From NCBI GenBank assembly GCA_964555035.1, contig CAZKRK010000003.1:1133-65132 (forward strand): 64,000 nucleotides of DNA, written 5' to 3'. The stretch is from an uncultured Victivallales bacterium. GTDB taxonomy: Bacteria; Verrucomicrobiota; Kiritimatiellia; UBA8416; CAYOBW01. This document shows positions 9,118 to 17,569 of the stretch, piece after piece. The notes beneath the pieces were generated by a model that had not been told where the DNA came from, did no database searches, and was given only the letters and a program-made list of their open reading frames with translations. A program made the position numbers and the translations under genes. How positions within the stretch are numbered: the stretch's first letter is position 1; the number at the start of each line of letters is the position of its first letter.

Positions 9118-9615
9118 CTACTCTCCAATTATCTGAATGCTGGCCTGGCGTTCCCTGGCGCCGGTCTGATCGAAATCCACGAAGTAGATATGACCGAATT
9201 GGCCCAGCTCCAGCTTGCCTTCAAAGATCGGTATGCTTTCGCTTCTACCCATGATCGACGAGCGCAGATGCGCGTCAGTATTGAGTGTGCCCTGCCTGTC
9301 CTCGCCGTGCTTGGCCGCAAACACAAACATCTCCGGCCCGGGATGCAGGTACTGCCCTTCCTCACGACAGGTCGGTATGACCTGCTCGAATATATTCGTA
9401 AGATCCTGCTGAAGGCAGCTCAGCCCCGTATCCGCCCGGTCGATTGAATCTTCCTCAATCATCACAGCACAGGTCGTATGACGCGAATAGACGAGGCAAA
9501 TGCCGGATTGGATGCCCGACTTACGGACCATCTCCTTCACCTCATCGGTGATGGTATGGAACGTCGGTCGCTGGCCGGTCGAAAGCAGCTTGAGCGTATC
9601 TCTGACGATCTTCAT
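9118..9615 (-). CDS. yjbQ: YjbQ/UPF0047 family protein
   Basis: FHTITDEVKEMVRKSGIQSGICLVYSRHTTCAVMIEED...NTDAHLRSSIMG is the UPF0047 pattern. GGAGAGGAAA RBS. A paralog sits at 47162..47662. Confidence 0.8.
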   Translation of the reverse strand: MKIVRDTLKLLSTGQRPTFHTITDEVKEMVRKSGIQSGICLVYSRHTTCAVMIEEDSIDRADTGLSCLQQDLTNIFEQVIPTCREEGQYLHPGPEMFVFAAKHGEDRQGTLNTDAHLRSSIMGRSESIPIFEGKLELGQFGHIYFVDFDQTGARERQASIQIIGE

Positions 9616-9668
9616 CTCTGTTTCCTCTCCTTCGTATTCAACTAAGCGATGCTCAAGAAAGGCCCCCT

Positions 9669-9795
9669 GGAGGGCGAGCGTCCCGCGAGCCGCGAGCGAG
9701 ACACGAGCAGGATTGTGACAGGATCTGCGAGAAGCGCCTAACTGTCTCGGACTCGTGCGTCCCTCGTGCTCGGCTCGCGAGGACGCTCGCCCTCC
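9669..9795. repeat. ~127-bp palindromic element, family 1 (arms GGAGGGCGAGCGTCC(C/T)CGCGAGCCG)
   Basis: ggagggcgagcgtcccgcgagccg...cggctcgcgaggacgctcgccctcc. The interior is about 80% identical to the reverse complement of the copy at 17395..17523. It sits in the gap between two same-strand genes. Confidence 0.8.
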
Positions 9796-9816
9796 ATCCC
9801 TTGTTTCAAAACGTGG

Positions 9817-10551
9817 TTACGAGTCTCCCTTTTCGAACGCCCCTGCCAGGTCATCCTTCGCTCTACGGACATTGGCCATCATTTCGTCAAGCAGCTTGAG
9901 GGGATCCGGGGACTTGAGAATCCCGGAGGCTGACCCCGCCGCGTCATTGCCGGCCATGATGAAGTCGTAAATCTGTGCGCCCGTTGTAATACCGGCAGCT
10001 TGCTCCACCAGGATATCCGGATACAGCTCTTTAACCACCCTGAGGGTTTCTACGACGTAGCCCATGTCACTGGCCTGGTCGGTGCCGATCAACTCGCTCG
10101 GCTCGGGGTTGATGATATCGGGTTGAAACTGGGCAATGGCCTTTGTCTCCGCAATGGAATCGGCACACGCAAACGTGATCAGCCCGAGCTCATTGGCCCT
10201 GTCAATGGTCTCCTTGATCTGAGGCAGCGTCATCGGGCGTTCACAGTGGTTGAGCAATACCCCTTTTGCACCGGCGTCCCTTATCGCCTCCGGCAGCACA
10301 TCCGCCATGCCCCGCCCGGGCCGCAAGGTATCCATGTATGGCGCGAAAACGAAAAGCCTGCCGGCGTTCTCCGCGATCCTGCGGATTTCGGTATAGGGCG
10401 AAATGAAGATCGCATCGATGTCATACTTCTGCGCACCCGCGTCAACCGCCATCGCATAATCGAATACCGCATCGCCATAGATGTAGTTCTTTACGCTGGT
10501 CTCGAAGAATGGCGGTTTGGGTAGGGTCTTCTGGTTCTTGGTCGTGGTCAT
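9817..10551 (-). CDS. Triosephosphate-isomerase-like TIM-barrel protein (archaeal-type TpiA-like)
   Basis: GAKGVLLNHCERPM, INPEPSELIGT and EQAAGITTG resemble the NHSE / EPPELIG / GAGIS blocks of archaeal-type TIM. ATG 10551 has a GAAGGAAAG RBS. The 14 upstream codons of the listed ORF are dropped. Confidence 0.6.
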   Translation of the reverse strand: MTTTKNQKTLPKPPFFETSVKNYIYGDAVFDYAMAVDAGAQKYDIDAIFISPYTEIRRIAENAGRLFVFAPYMDTLRPGRGMADVLPEAIRDAGAKGVLLNHCERPMTLPQIKETIDRANELGLITFACADSIAETKAIAQFQPDIINPEPSELIGTDQASDMGYVVETLRVVKELYPDILVEQAAGITTGAQIYDFIMAGNDAAGSASGILKSPDPLKLLDEMMANVRRAKDDLAGAFEKGDS

Positions 10552-10593
10552 ATGCTTTCCTTCGTCATCTTCAGTCCTATCAAAGCCATGCAA

Positions 10594-10918
10594 GATCCCC
10601 CGGGCTTGTCCTGTCCTTTATACACGAGAGCCAAACCACTTCCTCGCGGAATCCCCGCCCCTTGCGGGCGGGAAGCTTCAGGTTTCAGAGCTACCCCGCC
10701 GAGACCCAGCTACTCCCGAGTCCCATAAGAGCGACGGTCGGGCGAAGCGCACCCCTCGCCCTATTCGGACTCAACTCCCGGGGAGGGTTGTCTGTCCGGT
10801 AGACCAGGAACCTGAAGCTTCCCGCCCGCAAGGGGCGGGGATTCCTCCCGGCGCCCGAAATCGTCACCCGGTACCTCTCCTCCCTCTCTTGTGAATAGAG
10901 GACAGGCCCGGGGGATTC
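10594..10918. repeat. Composite nested-palindrome element, family 2, copy A
   Basis: Outer arms: gatcccccgggcttgtcctgtcctttata (10594-) and tagaggacaggcccgggggattc (-10918). Inner 198-bp module 10648-10845 is bounded by ggaatccccgccccttgcgggcgggaagcttcaggtt and its exact inverse. The core is about 90% identical to the reverse complement of the core at 26618-26815. Confidence 0.8.
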
Positions 10919-10932
10919 TGACCCCCTCCACC

Positions 10933-12405
10933 TCATCCGTCCAATCCATATCTATCCGCGTACTCCCGATAGAGCCTCTCGTACAATTTGCTGCGTTCGT
11001 GATCCGGTTCTATGATTCGCTCCCTGGACTGGGTTCTCGAATAGCCATCCCTTTCATCACGGAAGATACCGATCCCTATGCCCGCCAGGATAACCGCTCC
11101 CATGGCGCCGGCGTGCTTTCCTGTTTCGGGGATACTCACCGGCCGGTTCAGAACATCGGCCAGGATGGATGGCCAGACGGGGCTTCTGGTCGGGCCGCCG
11201 GTCAGTACGACCCTGCCGGCGGGACTCCCCGTCAGCCGCATGAGTTCGTCCACGCGGTTCCTTGTAAGGAACACGATCCCCTCCATGAGCGCCCGGGCTA
11301 TGTTCTCGGGGTCGGCCCTCTCTACGAGGTCCTTGTTCCGTTCATACGGCTGTTGGAACAGCTCGATGAAGAGACCGTCCGCCCCCGGCTTCGCCCGCTC
11401 CGCCAGCCTGTCAAACTTCGCAAACAGCGCTTCGCCATCATCCGCGGCGATGCAGTTATCAAGATACGCTTGCATCTTCTCGGCAACAGCCGTCAGGGCA
11501 AACATGGCGCCCCAGCAACCGGCAGGAGAGAGAAACGGGTCTATGAGCATCCGTCCTCTCAATCCCGTTTCCCTGTTCCTGATCGGCGAAAACACCACCC
11601 ACGACGTTCCGGCGGAGATGAGCAAATCCCCTTCCTCGAACACTCCCGTACTTCTGGCGGCCGAGGGATGATCGAAGCTGCCGGTGACCACCCGGATTCC
11701 CGGGGCAAGCCCGGTGGCCTTGACGGCCTCAAGCGTCACTTCTCCGCAGACCGAGCCGGATGGCAGCAGCTCAGATAGCTGGTCCGCCTCCAACCCAAGA
11801 AACGCGAGCAACTCGTCGTTCCATGTGGATGCTCCCTGGTCTTGCAGGTAGAACGTCGTCGCCTTCGAGTGATCAACGACCAACCGACCGCAGAGCCGCT
11901 GGTAGAGATAGTCATTGAGCATGGTGAAATGGCGGGCCTTCCGCCAGGCTTCCGGTTCGGACTCCTTCAGCCAGCCAAGGTGGGCCAGGGGAAAGGTGCC
12001 GCCAAAGGGCCAGCCCGCGCCGCGGTATACACGCTCCGGATCCAAATCCGGCCACAGCTCGGACTCCCTGCCGGTTGTCCTCGTGTCCAGCCAGCTGATT
12101 GCGTTCCGCACGGGATTGTAGTCCTGGTCGAGGAGCAACGTGTTGCCGCTGGCGCCGCTCAGGCTGACGGCCTTGATCGCGTTTGGATTGCCGACCTTCG
12201 AAACCAGTTCATTGATCAGCGAGCATACATCCTCGAAGTAGCGTTCAGCGTCGAGCTCAACCCGCTGCTCTTCCGGACGGACCAGCTCTACCTGCCGGCT
12301 TGCCTGGCAGACCACATTGCCACCCGTATCCGAAAGCACGGCTTTCATGGCACTGGTACCAAGGTCAAACCCGATGAGGTATTCGCCTGTCTCGCTCTCG
12401 CTCAT
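10933..12405 (-). CDS. FGGY-family carbohydrate kinase (xylulokinase-like)
   Basis: N-terminal YLIGFDLGTSAMKAVL and C-terminal VVLTGGPTRSPVWPSILADVLNRPV are FGGY signatures. Confidence 0.85.
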   Translation of the reverse strand: MSESETGEYLIGFDLGTSAMKAVLSDTGGNVVCQASRQVELVRPEEQRVELDAERYFEDVCSLINELVSKVGNPNAIKAVSLSGASGNTLLLDQDYNPVRNAISWLDTRTTGRESELWPDLDPERVYRGAGWPFGGTFPLAHLGWLKESEPEAWRKARHFTMLNDYLYQRLCGRLVVDHSKATTFYLQDQGASTWNDELLAFLGLEADQLSELLPSGSVCGEVTLEAVKATGLAPGIRVVTGSFDHPSAARSTGVFEEGDLLISAGTSWVVFSPIRNRETGLRGRMLIDPFLSPAGCWGAMFALTAVAEKMQAYLDNCIAADDGEALFAKFDRLAERAKPGADGLFIELFQQPYERNKDLVERADPENIARALMEGIVFLTRNRVDELMRLTGSPAGRVVLTGGPTRSPVWPSILADVLNRPVSIPETGKHAGAMGAVILAGIGIGIFRDERDGYSRTQSRERIIEPDHERSKLYERLYREYADRYGLDG

Positions 12406-12488
12406 GCTTCAATTTGCTTCCATCTACCGGGCGTATTCAGATTCGTGAAGCAGAATACGCACACGCCAAGGTAACGCGCTACCCCCTC

Positions 12489-12518
12489 TTGCGCACAACT
12501 TCTTTCTTGTTTGCGCAC
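12489..12518 (-). promoter_or_regulatory. TTGCGCAC-N14-TTGCGCAC box upstream of the FGGY-kinase-led operon
   Basis: ttgcgcacaacttctttcttgtttgcgcac, 84 nt from start codon 12405. CTACC at 12479-12483 reads GGTAG on the coding strand. Confidence 0.6.
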
Positions 12519-12637
12519 GGGGAGGGCGCATCCCGGGACTCTGCAGCACCGGTCTGATTAGACCCCATCCGAAAAGGGGCGGCGGCCGATTTTGGCCTGA
12601 AACGCCAGGAGGATGGGGAGGCCGGAAGATTGTGGAG

Positions 12638-12718
12638 AGAGATTAAGTAGAAAGATTAGGTAGATACTCTTAATCAAACCTTAATCTTTTGCCCTAATCT
12701 TTCGCCTTAATCTTCTCC
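12638..12718. repeat. 13-bp-period AGATTARG array: 2 forward units then 3-4 reverse units
   Basis: agattaagtagaa|agattaggtagat (12640, 12653), then cttaatca (12669) and ccttaatcttttg|ccctaatctttcg|ccttaatcttctc (12680, 12693, 12706). It is an AT-rich patch in otherwise GC-rich DNA. Confidence 0.7.
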
Positions 12719-12809
12719 CGGTGATCTTCCATGGAACTCTCAACACCACCGACATTCACATCTCCACAACCCAGATATTCCGAAAGCGCACATGGCCACG
12801 GCTGCTTGT

Positions 12810-14870
12810 TCATTGTGTCTCTTGTGTCTCTATCGACTTGAGCAACTTGCTTGCGTTTTTCTTGAGCTCTGTATTGGCCGTGTCGGCCATGATCTTCTCA
12901 AGTGCGGGCTTCACCGCCTGTGCCTGGCTCTTGCCCAATGCGGCGCAGATCGTGTATGCCGCCAGCATGGCTTCTTCTCTTACATCCGGGTCGTCAAAGC
13001 GGTCCAAAGCCACTTTCAGTGCATCCACATGAGCCAACCCGCTCAGTCCGCTCAGCAACCCGCTCTTCTCCGGGCCGGTAACGGCAACGTCGAGGCCCCT
13101 GGTATAGCGCTGCATCAGGGCGACCGGGTCCTTACGTTGCTCAGTCAGGCGGGCCAACTGTGCCGTGTATGCCCGCAGAGCCAGAACGCCGTTGAGCGAG
13201 TCGGGTCCCCTGCCCGCCGTACGAAGCAGGAGCTCCAATACTACGTCGGGATCCGGCCATTCCTGCAGGGCCCGGATCGCGGCGCGCCTGATTTCCTTGT
13301 CTTCAGATGCAAGCGCTTCACCGAGGGTTTTCAACTCGGATTCCCGGGAAGCGGCAGAGGTTACCTTCGGCAGCATGGCAATCAGTTCCGCACGCCCCGG
13401 GCAATTGCCCTTCATCAACCACCCCACAACGAGTTCTGACCGCTCCGGAGAAGGCGCGCTGATATCGCCTGACCTGGACAGCGCAGCCATGGCTTTGGCA
13501 CGCACTTTCCGGTCCGGTTCGCCGGCCAGGAATTCAACGATGGGAGCATAGGCAGAAGGTTCCCCGACCTTTGCCAGCACCTCCAATGCTCCAACACGAA
13601 CATGGTTGTCGGCATCCTTCAATGTTCCCAGCAACACCGGCACACACTCGGCCTTCGGACAATTGCCGAGCAGCCTCACAAGCGATAAGCGTACGGAAGC
13701 CGAGGCGGGAGGCAGGGCCTTTTTCAGTTTCGCGGCAATCCTGCTTTTGCCAGGACTTCTTTCCAAGGATTGCACGGCACTAGCCAGGTCGCGCCCGGAC
13801 ACAACCGCGGCGATAAGCGCATCCGTAGCACGCTCATCATCAAAGCTGCCCAATGCGATCAGGGCGGCTCCGCGAACAATAGCGTTCGTGTCACCGGCCG
13901 CGGCCAGGACCGTGTCCAAACTGGCCGGATCCGCATGGGAGCCCAGCACACCCAGCAAATCCGCTTTGAGATTAGGATCCGCCGCGGCGATACTTCCATA
14001 TGCTTTCTCGGCCTCCCGGCTTCCAGTGCGATCAGGGGAAAAGACGAGCTTGAGAACAGCGGGGTTTCGCTGGTCTGCGTCCTTTAGAACGTCCAGGATG
14101 AAGTCACGCTCGCCGGCCCCGCCGGCAAGCGCCAGCCCCATCAGCGCGTTCCCTGTCTGGTATCCGCCCCGCTCAACCAGTTCGCGATATATGGATGACG
14201 CCTCACGCCTCTTTCCGAGCTCCGCCAACCGGTCGGCATGAGCAAGATAGGCGTTGATCGCCGCCATCTTCGCAGCCTTCGAACCTTGCTTGATGCCGGC
14301 CTGAAACGGTGCGTTGAGCGGCTCGTCGCTCACGAGGGCAACCGCGTGCAGTGCTGAATTTCGAACCTGCGTGTCCCTGCTTGTCGCGAGATCGACAACC
14401 TGTGGCAGGCATGCTGAATCGCGACGTTCGGAAAGAGCATGAATAAGCGCAGCTTGACGTTCAGGGGCCGAGGTTTCGGCCAGGGCTTCGCGAAGCGCAA
14501 CCGCGGCTTTTTCAGACGGGTTCCGCTGCAGCCCGAGAACGGCACGGGTATGAAACACCGGGTCCTCGTGGTTCAACAAGCTGACAAGATAGTCAACGCT
14601 CTCGGCCCCGCCGAAGCGTACAAGAAGCGTCAGTAACTCTGCCTTGAATGTGACCGGGAGGGCCTCGCTCTTCACGTGATCCATGACCGTTGTGCAAGCC
14701 TGCGCCCGTTTCTCGTCCATTCCGTTGCTTATGGCTTCTTCAAAGACCTGTACCAGCCCATTCAGGTTCTTCGCGCCAACGAGGGCATCGACGGGTTCCT
14801 CTGCATTCGCAGATCCCAGCGACAGCGCGCAGATGATGGACACTAAACGCAATGACAGTGCCTTGTTCAT
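12810..14870 (-). CDS. Secreted HEAT-repeat protein
   Basis: Signal peptide MNKALSLRLVSIICALSLGSANA (ATG 14870). Recurrent Leu/Ala-rich helical repeats with VRxxAxxALG-type blocks (HEAT/PBS-lyase-like) run through the protein. Confidence 0.7.
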   Translation of the reverse strand: MNKALSLRLVSIICALSLGSANAEEPVDALVGAKNLNGLVQVFEEAISNGMDEKRAQACTTVMDHVKSEALPVTFKAELLTLLVRFGGAESVDYLVSLLNHEDPVFHTRAVLGLQRNPSEKAAVALREALAETSAPERQAALIHALSERRDSACLPQVVDLATSRDTQVRNSALHAVALVSDEPLNAPFQAGIKQGSKAAKMAAINAYLAHADRLAELGKRREASSIYRELVERGGYQTGNALMGLALAGGAGERDFILDVLKDADQRNPAVLKLVFSPDRTGSREAEKAYGSIAAADPNLKADLLGVLGSHADPASLDTVLAAAGDTNAIVRGAALIALGSFDDERATDALIAAVVSGRDLASAVQSLERSPGKSRIAAKLKKALPPASASVRLSLVRLLGNCPKAECVPVLLGTLKDADNHVRVGALEVLAKVGEPSAYAPIVEFLAGEPDRKVRAKAMAALSRSGDISAPSPERSELVVGWLMKGNCPGRAELIAMLPKVTSAASRESELKTLGEALASEDKEIRRAAIRALQEWPDPDVVLELLLRTAGRGPDSLNGVLALRAYTAQLARLTEQRKDPVALMQRYTRGLDVAVTGPEKSGLLSGLSGLAHVDALKVALDRFDDPDVREEAMLAAYTICAALGKSQAQAVKPALEKIMADTANTELKKNASKLLKSIETQETQ

Positions 14871-14887
14871 TCGGCCTGCTCCTGGCA

Positions 14888-14946
14888 CTTAATCTCATTA
14901 CGTAATCTCTCCCTGCCACGATGAAGGACTAAGTAATGTGATTAGG
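14888..14946. promoter_or_regulatory. AGATTARG-type 13-bp units immediately upstream of the HEAT gene
   Basis: cttaatctcatta|cgtaatctctccc (14888, 14901; reverse units), then tgattaggtaatg (14939; forward unit). On the coding strand GAGAGATTACGTAATGAGATTAAG ends 18 nt before ATG 14870. Confidence 0.35.
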
Positions 14947-14978
14947 TAATGAGACAAAGTGCTTCATTCCCTATTCTA

Positions 14979-16247
14979 CTAGATATGCCACGGCCCGCGG
15001 TACGGTTTGTCCATCAACCGGTTTGCCTCTGCGTCGTCAATAAACGCTTCCTTCTTCGCATCCCACTTCAAGGGACGCCTGAGCCGCTGGGCAATCTCGC
15101 TGCTGTGGCACAGGAACTCACTCTGGTAGGCTGCATCCTCATTGCATATCGGCCTCTCACGGGTCCGGATGCAGTTGTGCCACTCCCTGTAATGGCCGGC
15201 ACCGTGGGGCATATCAAACGCGGCAAGGCCCTGTGCAAGTTCCGGTGGGTCCGTCCAGATGAATCCCCTTGCCATGGATTGAAAGAACAGTTTGCCTTCG
15301 GTGCCGATGATCGCAAAAGGGCCGCAGTAAGGCGCTCTCATGCCTTTCAGCCGATCCGGGATCGGCAACCCTTCAAACCCGACCTGCAGAAAGGCGCCGT
15401 CTGCGTACTTCCAGGTCGTGACGCTCTTGTACTCCTTGCCGTCCGCCGGATGGATCGCAACCGGACTTTCGGTTTCATATCCCAATACGTGCCGGACCGC
15501 ATCGTTCGGATGGATCGCTCCGCCATTCACCATGTTGCGACCGAAATCAATATGCGTATGCCATCCAAGCACACCGCGCATCGCAAAGCTGTTGTAGGGT
15601 CGGTAGGGCGCCGGCCCCAACCACATGTCCCAATCGAGCATATTGGGGTTCATCGGTTGCGCCGGATAATGGATTTGCCCAGCCAACCGGTCATGCCAGG
15701 AATCACCGACTCCCGCTGCCACGATCTTCCCGAGTCGACCCTGCTCCACCAAGTGGCGTGCATACTGCACAATCTTGCTCGACGTTCGCTGAGTCCCATG
15801 CTGGAAAACACGCCCATTGCGTTTAACCGCATCGCGGATGGCGGCAGCCTCGCGGATGGTCGAGCTCATGGGTTTCTCACCAAACACATCCTTGCCGGCT
15901 TTGAGCGCCGCGCTAATCTGAATTGCATGCCACTGCTCGGTTGACCCCACGGCAATGGCATCAATATCGTCACGGGCCAACACGTCTCGAAAATCCAGGT
16001 AGAGCCCCTTCTTCGGATCCGGGTCACCCCCCAGCTTGTCCCGACGCACATCGCATTTTGCCAATACGACGTCGCACCGGACGCCCCGGGCCGGACCACC
16101 CAGCCCGATATTTGCGCTGGTTATCTTCTCGCTCGGCGGAAGTGCTCCCTTCCCCAGCACGTGCCGTGGCACGATGTTTATCGTAGCCATCGCGGCCACA
16201 CGGGTCATGAAGCTCCGACGGGAGAATGCCGGTTTTGTTCTCATCAC
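14979..16247 (-). CDS. Gfo/Idh/MocA family oxidoreductase, Tat-exported
   Basis: Tat leader MMRTKPAFSRRSFMTRVAAMA. Family-typical DIDAIAVGSTEQWHA and GKDVFGEKP blocks. Confidence 0.8.
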   Translation of the reverse strand: MMRTKPAFSRRSFMTRVAAMATINIVPRHVLGKGALPPSEKITSANIGLGGPARGVRCDVVLAKCDVRRDKLGGDPDPKKGLYLDFRDVLARDDIDAIAVGSTEQWHAIQISAALKAGKDVFGEKPMSSTIREAAAIRDAVKRNGRVFQHGTQRTSSKIVQYARHLVEQGRLGKIVAAGVGDSWHDRLAGQIHYPAQPMNPNMLDWDMWLGPAPYRPYNSFAMRGVLGWHTHIDFGRNMVNGGAIHPNDAVRHVLGYETESPVAIHPADGKEYKSVTTWKYADGAFLQVGFEGLPIPDRLKGMRAPYCGPFAIIGTEGKLFFQSMARGFIWTDPPELAQGLAAFDMPHGAGHYREWHNCIRTRERPICNEDAAYQSEFLCHSSEIAQRLRRPLKWDAKKEAFIDDAEANRLMDKPYRGPWHI

Positions 16248-16286
16248 AGTTTCCGTTTCACGTCATGTACAGAGGAAGAGATATGG

Positions 16287-16354
16287 GTGTACGAGTATGT
16301 GTACGAGTACGAAAAGAACCCGCCAGTCACGTACTCCTACACATACTCGTACAC
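16287..16354. repeat. 25-bp-arm palindrome between the ThuA and Gfo/Idh/MocA genes
   Basis: gtgtacgagtatgtgtacgagtacg (16287-16311) and cgtactcctacacatactcgtacac (16330-16354), with one mismatch and an 18-nt loop. Confidence 0.7.
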
Positions 16355-16407
16355 GCGAATCTCCCCGTTTCCTCAACGTTGGGACACTACCGATTAGCGA
16401 TTACCGA

Positions 16408-17340
16408 TCACCGCTCCCCACCCGTCCGCGGTGCATCCTCGGCCTCCAGATCCCCAAGAACATATTGAATGCCCGCGAGATGATGGGACAGGACTTTCTC
16501 GTTCCAAAAGACAGCAGGATAGTGTCCCAATCCGCTGTAGAACACACGTCCCTTGCCATATCGATGCACCCAGCTTAGCGGGTAGTCCGCATCTTTGCCC
16601 GGACTGTGCGGAACATCCATCTTGGTCCTGGCTTTATCCAGCGACAACAGTACCCGGCTTTTGTCTCTCGAGAAACTCGTAAACACGTAGATCTCATCCA
16701 AGTGCGAAAACGACGCCTCGCCAAAGGAGCGAACCAGCGGATGCGCGGGCTCCTCAACGAGTACATATGATGGTTCGTTCGACCATGGGTGACTGATCGA
16801 AAAGCACCCGACCATATCGACGTATTCAGGCCAATCCGTGACATGTGCGGCACAGTGGATACCGGCGAACCCTCCTCCTTTGCGGATGAATTCGAGCAGG
16901 TTCTTCCTCTGCTGCGGATCGGGAACCACATTGCCACAGGGGTTGTTGAAGACAACCGCATCATACTTGGACAATGCGGCGAGGTCGCTGAATACGGAAG
17001 GGTCATCATCAACCGTAGCCGTATAAGCACCGGTTTTCTCGCCCATGAGTTTCAATGCCTGTCTTCCGTGCGGAATGGATGCATGAACGAATCCAATGGA
17101 CCTGGAAAAGACCAGTATCTTGCGAGGTCTCGCTGGTTTGACCTGTGTTTTGACCTTCTGCACGGCAACGTTGATCTTCTCCATATCAGCCTCAGGCAAA
17201 GGTCCTGCAGTGACCCGCCGGCAGAGCCCCAGGATGATTAGGGCAGTCATGGACAGCAACTTCCGGCCTCCCGTCCGCAGAGCTGGCTTAGCGGTGGAAC
17301 TGCCTGTGAAGAAGCGCTGTCTATCTCTCTCTATCGACAT
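16408..17340 (-). CDS. ThuA-domain protein (trehalose-utilisation ThuA-like), secreted or anchored
   Basis: KILVFSRSIGFVHASIP, YDAVVFNN, GGGFAGIHCAAH and WVHRYGKGRVFYSGLGH are ThuA-like blocks. The N-terminal hydrophobic segment MTALIILGLC could be the true start. Confidence 0.75.
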   Translation of the reverse strand: MSIERDRQRFFTGSSTAKPALRTGGRKLLSMTALIILGLCRRVTAGPLPEADMEKINVAVQKVKTQVKPARPRKILVFSRSIGFVHASIPHGRQALKLMGEKTGAYTATVDDDPSVFSDLAALSKYDAVVFNNPCGNVVPDPQQRKNLLEFIRKGGGFAGIHCAAHVTDWPEYVDMVGCFSISHPWSNEPSYVLVEEPAHPLVRSFGEASFSHLDEIYVFTSFSRDKSRVLLSLDKARTKMDVPHSPGKDADYPLSWVHRYGKGRVFYSGLGHYPAVFWNEKVLSHHLAGIQYVLGDLEAEDAPRTGGER

Positions 17341-17394
17341 AGATCTTCCGCTCCCTTCGTAGCGCTATGCAAGGGCTGTTCGAAGAAGTCTCCT

Positions 17395-17523
17395 GGAGGG
17401 CGAGCGTCCCCGCGAGCCGAGTGCGAGGGACACGCAAGGGCAGAGACAGGGAAGTGATACCCGTGTATTCTGTCACATTTCTGCTCATGTCTCGCTCGCG
17501 GCTCGCGAGGACGCTCGCCCTCC
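17395..17523. repeat. ~129-bp palindromic element, family 1, opposite orientation to copy 9669..9795
   Basis: ggagggcgagcgtccccgcgagccg...cggctcgcgaggacgctcgccctcc. It sits in the gap between the GH43-like and ThuA genes. Confidence 0.8.
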
Positions 17524-17569
17524 ATTACCTGTTTGAGGAAGGTCCAACGCCCCCCCCTTCGGGCTACCT

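Noticed and set aside
10648-10845. Inner 198-bp repeat module as a housekeeping RNA gene (6S, SRP, RNase P)
   Set aside because: I see no match to the conserved SRP or RNase P cores I know. It occurs twice in opposite orientation, embedded in larger inverted repeats, which fits a mobile palindrome better. Only an Rfam scan could settle it.
12489-12518. Reading the conserved box as a sigma-54 (-24/-12) or Bacteroidetes-type (-33/-7) promoter
   Set aside because: The half-sites are 22 bp apart rather than GG-N10-GC. There is no TGGCAC/TTGCW pair at the right spacing and no TAnnTTTG motif. No sigma-54 activator (EBP) gene is present in the window.
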